Notes: generated by a model from the letters alone, not told the origin. DNA of 64,000 nucleotides from Leptospiraceae bacterium (GCA_016708435.1 JADJFV010000035.1:1-64000), one strand, 5' to 3'. Numbered from the stretch's first letter, positions 29,756 through 40,183 are shown. Translations and numbers: made by a program.

Positions 29756-32467
29756 TTATTTCAGTTCAATTCTTCTTTTTGCGGTTGTCTGCGCGTCTCT
29801 TTTCTTATCATCTCTTGTTTTTTTGATATTAAATCTTTTTACCATATTTTGAAATGCTTCTGCTTGGCTCGACAACTCAAGACTAGCCGCAGAACTTTCT
29901 TCCGCTGTTGCGGCTGCACTCATAGTCACCTGTGAAATCTGATTGACGCCAGCAGTGGTCTCTACAACGGAAGAAGATTGTTCGACAGATGCTGTTGCAA
30001 TGTCTTTTACAAGATCAGTAACTTCTACAACACCAGCTGTCATCTTATTCAATTCGTTTGCAGTTCTTCCCGCAATGTCCATACCAGAGCGAACTGTTTT
30101 AATTGAGCCTTCAATCATCTTAGTGGTTTCTTTCGCAGCATTGGCACTACGAGATGCGAGGTTACGGACTTCTTCTGCAACTACGTTAAATCCTTTTCCA
30201 TGTTGTCCTGCACGTGCTGCTTCTACAGCGGCGTTTAATGCGAGTATGTTTGTTTGGAATGCAATTGCATCAATTTCTTTGATAATCTTAGCAATGTTTT
30301 CAGAAGTTTCACTGATTTCTTCCATTGCTTTGAGCATCCCTTTCATTTCGTTATTGCTTGATACTGCTTGGTCTTTTACATTGAGAGCACGATAACTTGC
30401 ATTCTTCGCATTATTGGCATTATCCTTAGCTTTGAGTTCTATGAGAGAGAGAGTAGCAGTAATTTCTTCTATACTACTCGCTTGCTCATTTGATCCTTGT
30501 GAAAGAGATTGACTCGAATCAGCAACTTGTCTGGAGCTAACAAAGATTTGCTCCGATGCATCCATGATCTCTCCGATCAAGTCATTGAAAGATTCAATGA
30601 TAAGTTTTAAGGCTTCTTTGATTTCCGCAAAATCACCATTAAACTCTTTTTTTATTTCAACAGTTAAGTCGCCCGCCGACATAGAAGAAAGAACTCTAGA
30701 AATTTCTCCCACATATTCATTGAGTGTTCCGAGACTTGAGTTGAGCGCATTCTTAAGAATTGCATGGTCACCTTTATAGTCTCCGGTAACTTTGGATTTT
30801 AAATTTCCTTTAGACAACTCCACTAATACGTTAGTCGCTTCCTGAGTCGGAAGAATTAGAGCGTCTAACGTTTGATTAATTCCTTCGACTACTTTTCGGA
30901 AATCGCCTTTGTGCTTTGATGCATCTGCTCTTGTTGAAAGTTTACCTTCAATGCCTGCGCGGGAAAGCATATTAGCATCTGTCACTAAAAGTGTAAGTGC
31001 TTGAACGGTTTGCTCAAGTGATACATAAATTTTTTCATATTGCTCTTTAACCAATTTAGTATCTTGATCTGATTCTTCTGGTTTGATGGCAATACTTGTA
31101 TTTCCATTCTCCAATTTCCCTAATGCGTCAACTAATTTTGTAACTTCTTTGATTTGGTATTCTCCAATCTTTTTGGAAACTCCCATCGCATTTTTAATTT
31201 GGGTTTGATCCATTACAACTTCAAAGGCAGCAACAACTTCTCCCTTTTCGTTCTTGATAGGAACGGCAGAATAATTAATATCTAAGACTAAATTTCCAGG
31301 TCTTGCTACGTTATCTCGCGCAATATTTCGATTATCCCGCATTGTCAAATAACAGGCACAATTTTCCGTTTTACAGTCATTCGTCTTAAAATGATCAAAG
31401 CATTTTGTTCCGACGAGTTCCTTACCCGTGCGTCCATTTAATTTTGCACCGGCGGAATTCATATAAAGAACATTGTATTCCTTGTCAATAATCATTGCTG
31501 GAATTGGCATTTGATCTAGAAATCCAACTAATGAATCAATCGTCTTATTAACCCCTTCTAGAATACTCTTAAAATCACCAATATAAGAATCGATCTTGGC
31601 TCTTGTGCTTAGTCTTCCTTCTATAGCTGCTTTAGAAAGCATATTAGTTTCTGTAAGCATTGTCTGAAACATATTCATCAATCGATTCAAGGCTTCTGAT
31701 GTTTTGCCCATCTCATCATTATGAGTAACTTGTAATCTAGAAGAAAAATCGCCTTTTGATTCTAAACCAACAACAAAAATATTTATATCAGAAATAAATT
31801 GATCCATTCTTGAAGTAATGCGATTGATGCTCTTCGTGGTAAAAATCGTAACGAGTATGATGATGATTGTCGCAAGAATGGAAATGATAGAAAAGGCTAA
31901 AAATATTTTCTTTACACTTGCATCTGTCTTTGCGCCTTCTGAAGTAATAATATCTTTTTGGTAATCACTGAAACTTGCTACTGCTTTTGAAAGATCATGC
32001 TGTCTTGGTCTTAGTTCTGATAGAAGTAATTTCTTTGCCTCTTCTTTTTTGCCACTATCGAATAAATCTAAATACTGATTTAAAGTCTCTACATATGCAC
32101 TTCTCGTCTTCATTACATCGGCTAATAATTCTTTTCCTCTTTCGCGTCTAACTACAGTCTTTAAATATTCAATGATCCTTGGATTCTTTTCGTCTCTGAT
32201 ATTAATAATAATATCTCTTTCCTTCTGAATTTCTTTTATATCTTCCAGTAAAAGTATACTTCTAGTGGAACGGGCTGTCTGATTAATATTATTATTCATT
32301 TCATGCAAAGTTAGAATCTTTGGAATTCTATCATTGACAATATCATTGACCGAATGCTGAATTTCGTTTAATCCAAATAAATTATATATTGCTGTTCCCA
32401 AGAATAAGAAAAGCACTCCTATAAAACTAAAAATAAGCTTAGATTTAATTGATAATTTTTGAAACAT
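29756..32467 (-). CDS. Methyl-accepting chemotaxis protein with poly-HAMP array and an embedded Cys-rich PAS domain (903 aa)
   Basis: TM1, ~150-aa periplasmic helical domain, TM2, then repeated HAMP-like units (A..G.LSTRA......GDF...VEGVN.T.D). A PAS fold carries a CFDHFKTNDCKTENCAC cluster (nt ~31352-31402). C-terminal MCP signalling domain includes methylation-region repeats and the highly conserved [35 protein letters not shown]. Confidence 0.9.
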   Translation of the reverse strand: MFQKLSIKSKLIFSFIGVLFLFLGTAIYNLFGLNEIQHSVNDIVNDRIPKILTLHEMNNNINQTARSTRSILLLEDIKEIQKERDIIINIRDEKNPRIIEYLKTVVRRERGKELLADVMKTRSAYVETLNQYLDLFDSGKKEEAKKLLLSELRPRQHDLSKAVASFSDYQKDIITSEGAKTDASVKKIFLAFSIISILATIIIILVTIFTTKSINRITSRMDQFISDINIFVVGLESKGDFSSRLQVTHNDEMGKTSEALNRLMNMFQTMLTETNMLSKAAIEGRLSTRAKIDSYIGDFKSILEGVNKTIDSLVGFLDQMPIPAMIIDKEYNVLYMNSAGAKLNGRTGKELVGTKCFDHFKTNDCKTENCACYLTMRDNRNIARDNVARPGNLVLDINYSAVPIKNEKGEVVAAFEVVMDQTQIKNAMGVSKKIGEYQIKEVTKLVDALGKLENGNTSIAIKPEESDQDTKLVKEQYEKIYVSLEQTVQALTLLVTDANMLSRAGIEGKLSTRADASKHKGDFRKVVEGINQTLDALILPTQEATNVLVELSKGNLKSKVTGDYKGDHAILKNALNSSLGTLNEYVGEISRVLSSMSAGDLTVEIKKEFNGDFAEIKEALKLIIESFNDLIGEIMDASEQIFVSSRQVADSSQSLSQGSNEQASSIEEITATLSLIELKAKDNANNAKNASYRALNVKDQAVSSNNEMKGMLKAMEEISETSENIAKIIKEIDAIAFQTNILALNAAVEAARAGQHGKGFNVVAEEVRNLASRSANAAKETTKMIEGSIKTVRSGMDIAGRTANELNKMTAGVVEVTDLVKDIATASVEQSSSVVETTAGVNQISQVTMSAAATAEESSAASLELSSQAEAFQNMVKRFNIKKTRDDKKRDAQTTAKRRIELK

Positions 32468-32530
32468 TTTTAAACTCCTTAGAGGATAAATTAACTTATC
32501 CTCTACAACTTTTTTATATTCCCGTTTTCA

Positions 32531-35500
32531 TTATTTGAGGTTAATCTTTCTTTTCCCCGTTGTTAGCGGTGCTTCTTTCTTTTTTTCCTCTTTTCCCCTT
32601 TTGATATTGAAACGTTTTACCATATTTTGAAATGCTTCTGCTTGGCTCGACAACTCAAGACTAGCCGCAGAACTTTCTTCTGCTGTTGCGGCTGCACTCA
32701 TAGTCACCTGCGAAATCTGATTGATGCCAGAGGTCGTCTCTACAACAGAAGAAGATTGCTCCATAGATGCCGCTGCAATGTCTTTCACCAGGTCTGTCAC
32801 TTCTACAACACCTGCAGTCATCTTGTTTAATTCGCCTGCAGTTCTTCCCGCAATGTCCATACCAGAACGAACAGTTTTAATTGAACCTTCAATCATCTTA
32901 GTAGTTTCTTTTGCAGCATTGGCACTACGAGATGCGAGGTTACGGACTTCTTCTGCAACTACATTAAAACCTTTTCCATGTTGTCCTGCACGTGCTGCTT
33001 CTACAGCGGCGTTTAATGCGAGTATGTTTGTTTGGAATGCAATTGCATCAATTTCTTTGATAATCTTAGCAATGTTTTCGGATGTTTCGCTAATTTCTTC
33101 CATTGCTTTGAGCATCCCTTTCATTTCGTTATTGCTTGATACTGCTTGGTCTTTTACATTGAGAGCGCGATCACTAGCATTCTTCGCATTATTGGCATTA
33201 TCCTTAGCTTTGAGTTCTATGACAGCAAGAGTAGCAGTTATTTCTTCTACACTGCTTGCTTGTTCGTTAGAGCCTTGTGAGAGAGATTGGCTGGAGTCGG
33301 CAACTTGCCTAGAGCTAATAAAGATTTGCTCCGATGCATCGATGATTTCCCCGATCAAATCATTGAACGATTCAATGATAAGCTTTAAAGCTTCTTTGAT
33401 TTCCGCAAAATCACCATTAAACGCTTTCTTAATCTCGATAGTTAAGTCGCCCGAAGACATGGAAGACAAGACTCTGGAAATTTCTCCCACATATTCATTT
33501 AAAGTTTCGAGACTGGAATTTAAAGCATTCTTGATGATGGCATGATCGCCTTTGTAATCACCGTTGACTCTTGCACTTAGATTTCCTTTGGCTAATTCCA
33601 ATAATACGTTGGAGGATTCCTGCATTGGACTGATTACAGCGTCTAATGTCTGATTAACCCCTTCGACTACTTTTCGGAAATCGCCTTTGTGTTTTGATGC
33701 ATCTGCTCTTGTTGAAAGCTTACCTTCAATAGCCGCGCGGGAAAGCATATTAGCATCGGCAACTAGTTCTTTCAGTGCATTTCGAATGGCAACGTTACTC
33801 TTTGCCATGATGTCTTTATCTGACATGACTTTTATTTCGACATCTAAATTTCCCTCCGCTAAACTTTGAACAACGGCGGCATCATGTTGGGTATTTGCAA
33901 TCATACTTTGGATATTCTTGAATAGGGAGTCTCCTTGTGATCTCATTTCAATTCTGACTTCTGTATTTCCAATAGATAGAGAAGAGGCTACATTGGTAAG
34001 CAGACTTTCAGAGTCAATGAGTAGGTTTAAGTTATTCTTAATAGTATTAAAATCTCCATTATAACTCTCTGTAATTTTGGGAGGAATAATTCCTTTAGAG
34101 ATTTTGTCTACATAATCAGCGGCAACGTTTAAAGGTGTAATAACTGCGTCTAATGTAGCGTTAACCCCTTCGACAATTTTACGGAAGTCTCCTTTGTGTT
34201 TGGTTGCATCGGCACGCGTAGCTAATTGACCTTTGACAGCAGCATCTGCCAATTTTCCAGCATCACTAATCAACGCTTTTAGGTTCAGTCGGACTTGATC
34301 AATTATTTCATTGATGAAAGCTTTTTTGCCAGGTAGCTTATCAATATTTGCCTCAAAATTTCCTTCTCCAAATTCTTTAAAAATTCCCATTGCTCTTTTT
34401 TTAACGCTAATATGGTCAAATACCATTTTATTGATACCAGTAACCATTTCTTGGTATGCACCTTGGAATTTTGAAACGTCAATTTTTACATCAATGTCTC
34501 CCAGTTCATGCTGTTTGGACATATCATTCATGGATTCAATAATACCCAAAAGGGAGCCAATGCAAGTGTTGAGATTATTTTTGATAGTGTTAAAATCTCC
34601 GTTGTAGGTATCGGTGATTTTGGAAGGGATATTTCCTTTGGATATTTTATCTACATAATCTGCGGCAACATTTAAAGGTCCAATCACAGCGTCTAATGTC
34701 TTATTAACCCCTTCTACAACCTTTCTAAAGTCACCGGGATAACGAGAAATATCTGCACGAGTAGAAAGTTTTCCCTGAATGGCAGATTCTGTAAGTAACA
34801 TAGTATCTTTTTTCATATTCTCTAGCATTGCTAACAAACTACTGAGTGAGTTAGCGACCTCTGCTACTTCATCCTTGGAGGTTGAATCTACTTTAATAGA
34901 AAATTCTCCTTCTTTTTCCACTTTGCGAATAGCAAGGAGTAGAGCGGCTAACGGTTTCGTAATAGAATTTGAAGTCATGTAACTGAAGAAGATAGAAAAA
35001 AGAATAGCGATAGACGATATAACTAGCACATAGGAACTCGCTTTTTGAGAATCATTGAGTGACTCTTGATTGGCAGTAGTAGACAGCTCTGTTTCATATA
35101 CGATTAAATCTTTTACCGCTTTCAAATATTGCTGCTGAGTAACTGAGAATTGAGGTAAAGTATCTTTTGCTCCTTTGTAGTCGCCTACTTCTAATTGCGA
35201 AATGTATTTGTCCTGATAGGGAATGAATTTTGTTCTTGCATCGGCTAATTCCTGTATGCCAAATCTTTCCTTTTCCGTATTTGCATTTTCACGGAGAAAC
35301 TGAATATCTTGCACATTGCCTGAACGGTTTTGCAGAATTCTATCTTTTGCAAGCAATACTTCTTCTCTCGATTCTTTTAGTGTTGCGCTGAGTAGGTAAA
35401 TTGTATTTTCATTGACGCGGTCAATAATATTATTGCTTCGGACAACTTTAGGTGAATACACTTTGGTAATTTTCTCCAAACTTCCTCCCAAATGACTCAT

Positions 35501-35596
35501 CAAATAGAACACAATAGTGCTTAGTATGACGAGGAAAAATATAACTAATCCATATCCCAGCCTAAGCTTCGTTGAAATTTTTAAATCCTCTAACAT
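32531..35596 (-). CDS. Methyl-accepting chemotaxis protein with very long poly-HAMP array (1021 aa)
   Basis: TM1, periplasmic helical domain, TM2, then ~500 aa of alternating HAMP units (e.g. [37 protein letters not shown], a textbook P...I..G.....GD...I...LN HAMP). The C-terminal ~330 aa are nearly identical to the upstream paralog. Confidence 0.9.
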   Translation of the reverse strand: MLEDLKISTKLRLGYGLVIFFLVILSTIVFYLMSHLGGSLEKITKVYSPKVVRSNNIIDRVNENTIYLLSATLKESREEVLLAKDRILQNRSGNVQDIQFLRENANTEKERFGIQELADARTKFIPYQDKYISQLEVGDYKGAKDTLPQFSVTQQQYLKAVKDLIVYETELSTTANQESLNDSQKASSYVLVISSIAILFSIFFSYMTSNSITKPLAALLLAIRKVEKEGEFSIKVDSTSKDEVAEVANSLSSLLAMLENMKKDTMLLTESAIQGKLSTRADISRYPGDFRKVVEGVNKTLDAVIGPLNVAADYVDKISKGNIPSKITDTYNGDFNTIKNNLNTCIGSLLGIIESMNDMSKQHELGDIDVKIDVSKFQGAYQEMVTGINKMVFDHISVKKRAMGIFKEFGEGNFEANIDKLPGKKAFINEIIDQVRLNLKALISDAGKLADAAVKGQLATRADATKHKGDFRKIVEGVNATLDAVITPLNVAADYVDKISKGIIPPKITESYNGDFNTIKNNLNLLIDSESLLTNVASSLSIGNTEVRIEMRSQGDSLFKNIQSMIANTQHDAAVVQSLAEGNLDVEIKVMSDKDIMAKSNVAIRNALKELVADANMLSRAAIEGKLSTRADASKHKGDFRKVVEGVNQTLDAVISPMQESSNVLLELAKGNLSARVNGDYKGDHAIIKNALNSSLETLNEYVGEISRVLSSMSSGDLTIEIKKAFNGDFAEIKEALKLIIESFNDLIGEIIDASEQIFISSRQVADSSQSLSQGSNEQASSVEEITATLAVIELKAKDNANNAKNASDRALNVKDQAVSSNNEMKGMLKAMEEISETSENIAKIIKEIDAIAFQTNILALNAAVEAARAGQHGKGFNVVAEEVRNLASRSANAAKETTKMIEGSIKTVRSGMDIAGRTAGELNKMTAGVVEVTDLVKDIAAASMEQSSSVVETTSGINQISQVTMSAAATAEESSAASLELSSQAEAFQNMVKRFNIKRGKEEKKKEAPLTTGKRKINLK

Positions 35597-36411
35597 TTTG
35601 AAATCCTCTTGTTTGCTAATTTTTATATATATGTAGAAAATTAAAATATCAGATTATAAATGAAAGAAAATAAATAAATTATTCTGAATTCGTGATATTT
35701 ATCATAGTTCTTGCCTTGCAAAGTTGGATTTTTAAAGATTACTTGAGATGAACACATATGAACACGGATAAAAGATAAGATAGTCTTATGCAAAAAAATG
35801 GGAATGAGGAAAAGCGCACAGAGTTTTTTTTTCGGGCTTACTGGTAAATTTTACGCAATAGAGCTTTTTTAAAAATAGAATAATCTTTGTTTTGATACTG
35901 GCTAATAAGTTCATACGTATAATTTCCTTGCTTCACTCATCTCACCCCAATTTTATATAAGTTGCGGTATATGCCTGCTTTGTCCTGAGGCTGTGTAAAA
36001 AGAAGATTTTCCCACGCAAAGCCGCGAAGGCGCAAAGAATAGAGTTATGCCTTGTAGTAAAAATGTCCTTTCCTTCGCTCAGGACAGGCTGGCTCAGGAT
36101 GATGAGGCTAATGCTGTTTAAACGCTTTGTATAAGATAACGTTTTATCAAACATAGGGTAGCGATAGGTTCAAAGCTATACTCAATATAGGTTCCCTATG
36201 CCCCCTGAACCCATATTTAAGGTATAAGGGAACCCATTCCTACCCTATGTTATGTGCATCGTCTTCTTATAGGATGGTAAAAGGAAACTACTTAGGTATG
36301 GGGAGTTAAGCTATTGGAAGAAGAAAACTTGAATAATTTGGCATCGGCTACTTTCTTTTTCCCTTGTCGGCAAACGGGAAAGTAGAATTCTAGTTTAGAA
36401 GGAGTTTTGCA

Positions 36412-36969
36412 ATGAAAAATCTTTTAGATGCGATTAACTCATTTATTCAAGTAAAAGAAAAAACAAAAAAAGCAATTCAATCTAAAACCGCATTTATTAG
36501 CATCTCCAAAAAAGAAATCTTATTAAGTCATGGGCAAATAGCCGATAACCTCTACTTTATTCGCAAGGGTTTGTTTCGGGGATTCTCTATGCACAAACGA
36601 AAAGATGTTACGAATTGGTTTGCGAAAGAAAATGAATTTGTAACTTCTATGTATTCTTTTGTGTCTCGAAATCCTTCTCTCGAAACTATTGAAGCCTTAG
36701 AAGATTCAGAGCTTGATTTTATTTCTTACAAAGATCTAAATGAACTGTATTCCACGTATGCAGAATTAAATATGCTCGGTCGAATCTTTATTGAAAAATA
36801 CTATGTTGAGTTAGAGGAAAGAGCCAACTCGTTTCAGTTTCAATCGGCTAAAGCTCGTTATGCGCACTTCCTAGAAAAGAATTCAACCTTGTTTCGTCGG
36901 GTTAAGTTGGGTCATATCGCATCCTATCTCGGAATCACAAAAGAAACTTTGAGTCGAATCCGAACTTGA
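36412..36969 (+). CDS. Crp/Fnr-family transcriptional regulator
   Basis: cNMP-binding fold (GQIADNLYFIRKGLFRGF) and C-terminal HTH (HIASYLGITKETLSRIR). Confidence 0.8.
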   Translation: MKNLLDAINSFIQVKEKTKKAIQSKTAFISISKKEILLSHGQIADNLYFIRKGLFRGFSMHKRKDVTNWFAKENEFVTSMYSFVSRNPSLETIEALEDSELDFISYKDLNELYSTYAELNMLGRIFIEKYYVELEERANSFQFQSAKARYAHFLEKNSTLFRRVKLGHIASYLGITKETLSRIRT

Positions 36970-37088
36970 CCTTTTGACTCCACTTACGGGGCTAACGAGT
37001 ATTTACTGTTCTATCCTGTTTACTTTCTATTTAAACATTTAACATCAGAAGAGAAAATAGTTTGCTAAATTGGATTTTGTAAATAATT

Positions 37089-37400
37089 CTAAGCTTGAAT
37101 CAAACCTAATTCTTGAACACTTTGAATTGATTTCAGCTCTTTAGCAAAATGCTTTCTAGATTCTTCTAAGTCAAAATAGTTTTGAAGATTGAGCCAAAAC
37201 TCAGGCTCGATACTAAAAAATTTACCTAGCTTTAAAGCTGTCTCTGCGGTTACTGATCGTTCACCGCGAATGATCTGCCAGAGTCTTGTTTGCGAAAGTC
37301 CGGTTTCCTTTGCTAATTTATAAACAGAGATGCTCATTGGAATTAAAAATTCTTCTTTTAGCACATCACCGGGATGAATGTTTTTTATTTTCTTATTCAT
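37089..37400 (-). CDS. higA: HigA-family antitoxin (XRE-type HTH)
   Basis: IHPGDVLKEEFL...SISVYKLAKETGLSQTRLWQIIRGERSVTAETALKLGKFF is the typical HigA HTH. Confidence 0.8.
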   Translation of the reverse strand: MNKKIKNIHPGDVLKEEFLIPMSISVYKLAKETGLSQTRLWQIIRGERSVTAETALKLGKFFSIEPEFWLNLQNYFDLEESRKHFAKELKSIQSVQELGLIQA

Positions 37401-37414
37401 AGTATAATTCCTAT

Positions 37415-37702
37415 TTAATGATAATCTACAATTTCTACATCACTTGCATTTCCATCAGTCCAGATAAAGCAAATTCGATACTTTTCGTTGATTCGAATGC
37501 TCCACTGACCTTTTCTATTCCCTGATAATTGCTCCAAGCGGTTACTAGGAGGAATCCGCAAAGAGTCAATACTAGGTGCAGACGCAATCATACGTAACTT
37601 TCTTCGTGCTACTTCAAACAAATTAGGTGATAGTTTTATTCTCTTTGAAAATTCTCCTTCCCAGATCATCTCGGTTTCTTTGTCTGCGAAGTTTACTATC
37701 AT
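37415..37702 (-). CDS. higB: HigB-family toxin (RelE/ParE superfamily plasmid-maintenance killer)
   Basis: 95-aa protein, upstream of and 14 nt from higA. The motif RKGQWSIRINEKYRICFIW...DVEIVDYH is characteristic of HigB. Confidence 0.8.
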   Translation of the reverse strand: MIVNFADKETEMIWEGEFSKRIKLSPNLFEVARRKLRMIASAPSIDSLRIPPSNRLEQLSGNRKGQWSIRINEKYRICFIWTDGNASDVEIVDYH

Positions 37703-38123
37703 ATAATGATAGTAAACTAAATTGATTTATTTTGTCAATGAAATTTTTATTACCACGAAGGATTTCTCTTTGTTCGACCGAGCGTGGAAGTCACCGAATT
37801 ACTTACACGTAAATCCATTGCGAAGGTTGATTACTTGACATTCCAAGGCGATTTTAAGGATTATAGATTTGTGAAAGAGAAAATAATTTGGGTTTGGCGT
37901 TTTATATTTCTCGCGTCGGTAATTTTATGGTTAAAATCCAACGTGCTTACAGTTGAAGTTTTTCTTCTCATTCTTTCGTTTTCTAATATTTCTGAGCCTT
38001 TTTTACATCTCTAGTCTCTTATGCGTTTCAAATTTATTCATTTTACCGGGTATTCATAAGTAGCCGCATTAACACTTTACCTTTATATCAGTTCTCTTTT
38101 TTGGTATAGTTTTATTAGTTAAT

Positions 38124-39212
38124 CTAAAAATTTACAACGGCACCCAGTCGTAAAGATTTTAATTCGTTTAATATTGGGTCACGATAAATGATATAACTTG
38201 ATAGCATTTCAGAGAGTGCAAGTTGGGGTCTAGAAATTCCTGATGCATTGGCAAATCGAAAGAAAGCAGGAGGCTGATAATTTTCATAGTAAACATATAA
38301 CCTATCATAATCAAGTGTAACTGAAATAGAAAGATTTTCAAAGATTGGATACTGGTAATCCATGAGTATCCGCACTCCATAAATATTTGGCTTTTTATCT
38401 CCGTAAAGATAATTTGTAACTAGCAAATCGCTGGATACATTGCCGGTGAAAATATCAATGGGAAATCGAATTGCTCCTACCTGTTCGATTTTTCCAGAAC
38501 TAGAAATAAGTCCAAGGCTTCTAGGACGAAAGGAAACTTCACCGGTAATTTTTCCTTTCTCGAATATTTTCGTTATGCTAAAACCGGCAAATAAATTCGA
38601 AGTCCTGTAATTACTTTCTGCATGAACTACTCCTAAAAATCCTGGCGCGTAAAGAGTAACGTTTTTCTCATACTCTGACTGAAAATCTCTCTTCATTATT
38701 AAACCGCTGACAATAATGGATGAAAATTTATTTCCAACGGATAATCTGCTATTTGCGTTACTAGTCTTAGCCAAAATATTTCCTTGTCCTTGAAAAAAAC
38801 CAACTGCGGGATAATTGAAATTAGACTGCAATTGGGAAGCATTGAATCCATTTAGTCCGAGAGTCTCAAGTCCTGCTAAAAAGACAAAATTACTTTTAGT
38901 GTAAAAGAATTTAAATTCCATTGGATTTAAAAACGCAGGAAAATATTTCTGTGAATACGATCTATTAATCGCTCCAAAACCTAAACCATCGCTTCCACCT
39001 GCTGCTAAGTCATCTTTATAATAACGCTTTTCAAATTCCGGCCGATAGTCAGAAACTGAAATTCCTGTTTTGATTTCAACTCTGGATTCTGCATGGATTA
39101 AAGTAGGAGTTGTAAATAATAGAATTAGGGTCAAAGAATAAATTATTCTTGGCAATGATTTAAATAATCCTAATCGGTTCTTAGATTCAAATTCTTGGAA
39201 ATAAAATTGCAT
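38124..39212 (-). CDS. Hypothetical outer-membrane beta-barrel protein
   Basis: Signal peptide, alternating amphipathic beta-strand pattern, C-terminal ...LGAVVNF with terminal Phe typical of OMPs. Confidence 0.45.
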   Translation of the reverse strand: MQFYFQEFESKNRLGLFKSLPRIIYSLTLILLFTTPTLIHAESRVEIKTGISVSDYRPEFEKRYYKDDLAAGGSDGLGFGAINRSYSQKYFPAFLNPMEFKFFYTKSNFVFLAGLETLGLNGFNASQLQSNFNYPAVGFFQGQGNILAKTSNANSRLSVGNKFSSIIVSGLIMKRDFQSEYEKNVTLYAPGFLGVVHAESNYRTSNLFAGFSITKIFEKGKITGEVSFRPRSLGLISSSGKIEQVGAIRFPIDIFTGNVSSDLLVTNYLYGDKKPNIYGVRILMDYQYPIFENLSISVTLDYDRLYVYYENYQPPAFFRFANASGISRPQLALSEMLSSYIIYRDPILNELKSLRLGAVVNF

Positions 39213-39548
39213 TCACTTATACCCACTAAATCCAGAAGCGCAGCCAAAAAAGTAGGAATTATAATTTGCCGTTAGCCCCGCGCTTTGAAATGTCTCAGTC
39301 ACAGACTTTGCATTTACAAATTTTTCAGTATACTTCCATAACATTTCGTAAGCAGTTGGATCACCTTGAAAAAGTTTCCCTAGAATGGGAATAATATTTC
39401 CAAGATAAAATCCATAGAAGAATTTTAGAATAAAACTTTCTGGTTTAGAAACTTCGACAAAGGAAAATTTACCACCTGGCTTTAAAATACGGTTTGTTTC
39501 TATGGCGAGGGTTTTTAATTGTTCGGGGTTATAGATATTATCCGTCAT
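39213..39548 (-). CDS. C-terminal half of a UbiE/MenG-type class I SAM methyltransferase (N-terminal SAM-binding half absent)
   Basis: RILKPGGKFSFVEVSKP...YGFYLGNIIPILGKL...GYK is collinear with the E. coli UbiE C-terminus. The ATG overlaps the mazF stop (ATGA). Confidence 0.6.
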   Translation of the reverse strand: MTDNIYNPEQLKTLAIETNRILKPGGKFSFVEVSKPESFILKFFYGFYLGNIIPILGKLFQGDPTAYEMLWKYTEKFVNAKSVTETFQSAGLTANYNSYFFGCASGFSGYK

Positions 39549-39886
39549 TTAATACCTACAACTAATTTGATTCCCCTTTCAACATTTGCCATTAGCTTCG
39601 GATTTAATTTTCCGACGCGTTCAGTGAATCTCTCTCTATCTAAAGTAACAATTTGTGAAACATTTACAACGGAATCTTTTGAAAGATTTGATTCTTTCTT
39701 GTTTAAAAGAACATTGCCTGGAGCTTCGGCAAGAATAAGATTAGAGGAAATAGCAGCAACAATGATTGTGCTAATATTACTTTCATTAAATGCGTCGTCT
39801 TGAATAATTAATACAGGTCTTTTAAATCCTGGTTCACTTCCAAATGGAATACCTAAATCAACCCACCAAATCTCACCACGTGTCAT
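39545..39886 (-). CDS. mazF: MazF/PemK-family toxin (mRNA interferase)
   Basis: MTRGEIWWVDLG...GSEPGFKRPVLIIQDD..N.....IIVAAIS matches the PemK/MazF fold signature. Confidence 0.8.
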   Translation of the reverse strand: MTRGEIWWVDLGIPFGSEPGFKRPVLIIQDDAFNESNISTIIVAAISSNLILAEAPGNVLLNKKESNLSKDSVVNVSQIVTLDRERFTERVGKLNPKLMANVERGIKLVVGIK

Positions 39887-40121
39887 TTTTTAAACTCTTG
39901 CGAAGTGCCTGAACGGATACTTTATCAATACTTGTTTTAGATTTTGGTAAATTCTTGCTGTATATTTTGTTCAATTTTTCTGTTACAGAATTTTTACTGT
40001 GTGTCTGAATAAATTCTTCGAGTGCCCGAGCAAACAACTGGCTTCTGGGAATACCCATTTTCTTTGCTGTTTTTTCTGCTGTCTTAAATAAATCATCAGG
40101 AATCGAAATAGCTGTTTTCAT
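39873..40121 (-). CDS. Ribbon-helix-helix (CopG/MazE-like) antitoxin
   Basis: 82 aa. The N-terminus KTAISIPDDLFKTAEKTAKKMGIPRSQLFARALEEFI is RHH-like. It overlaps the mazF start. Confidence 0.6.
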   Translation of the reverse strand: MKTAISIPDDLFKTAEKTAKKMGIPRSQLFARALEEFIQTHSKNSVTEKLNKIYSKNLPKSKTSIDKVSVQALRKSLKNDTW

Positions 40122-40183
40122 AGGAAAAGTATAACTTGGGTAATACCCAAGTCAACTAATAAAATTATTTAAAAACTATGCTA

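Noticed and set aside
29943-33545. Long plus-strand ORFs (29943..30395, 30564..30779, 32721..33545, 33687..33869, 34311..34607, 34779..34982) inside the MCP genes
   Set aside because: They are antisense shadows of the Ala/Ser-rich MCP coding sequence (low-complexity S/A/L-rich translations). No RBS or motifs. The minus-strand MCP genes explain the region.
35942-36154. 70-aa minus-strand ORF in the GC-rich intergenic segment
   Set aside because: It lies within the palindromic/GC-rich region. No homology signal. More likely an RNA or regulatory DNA.
37784-38014. 76-aa ORF upstream of higB
   Set aside because: No start context or motif. It overlaps the probable higBA promoter.
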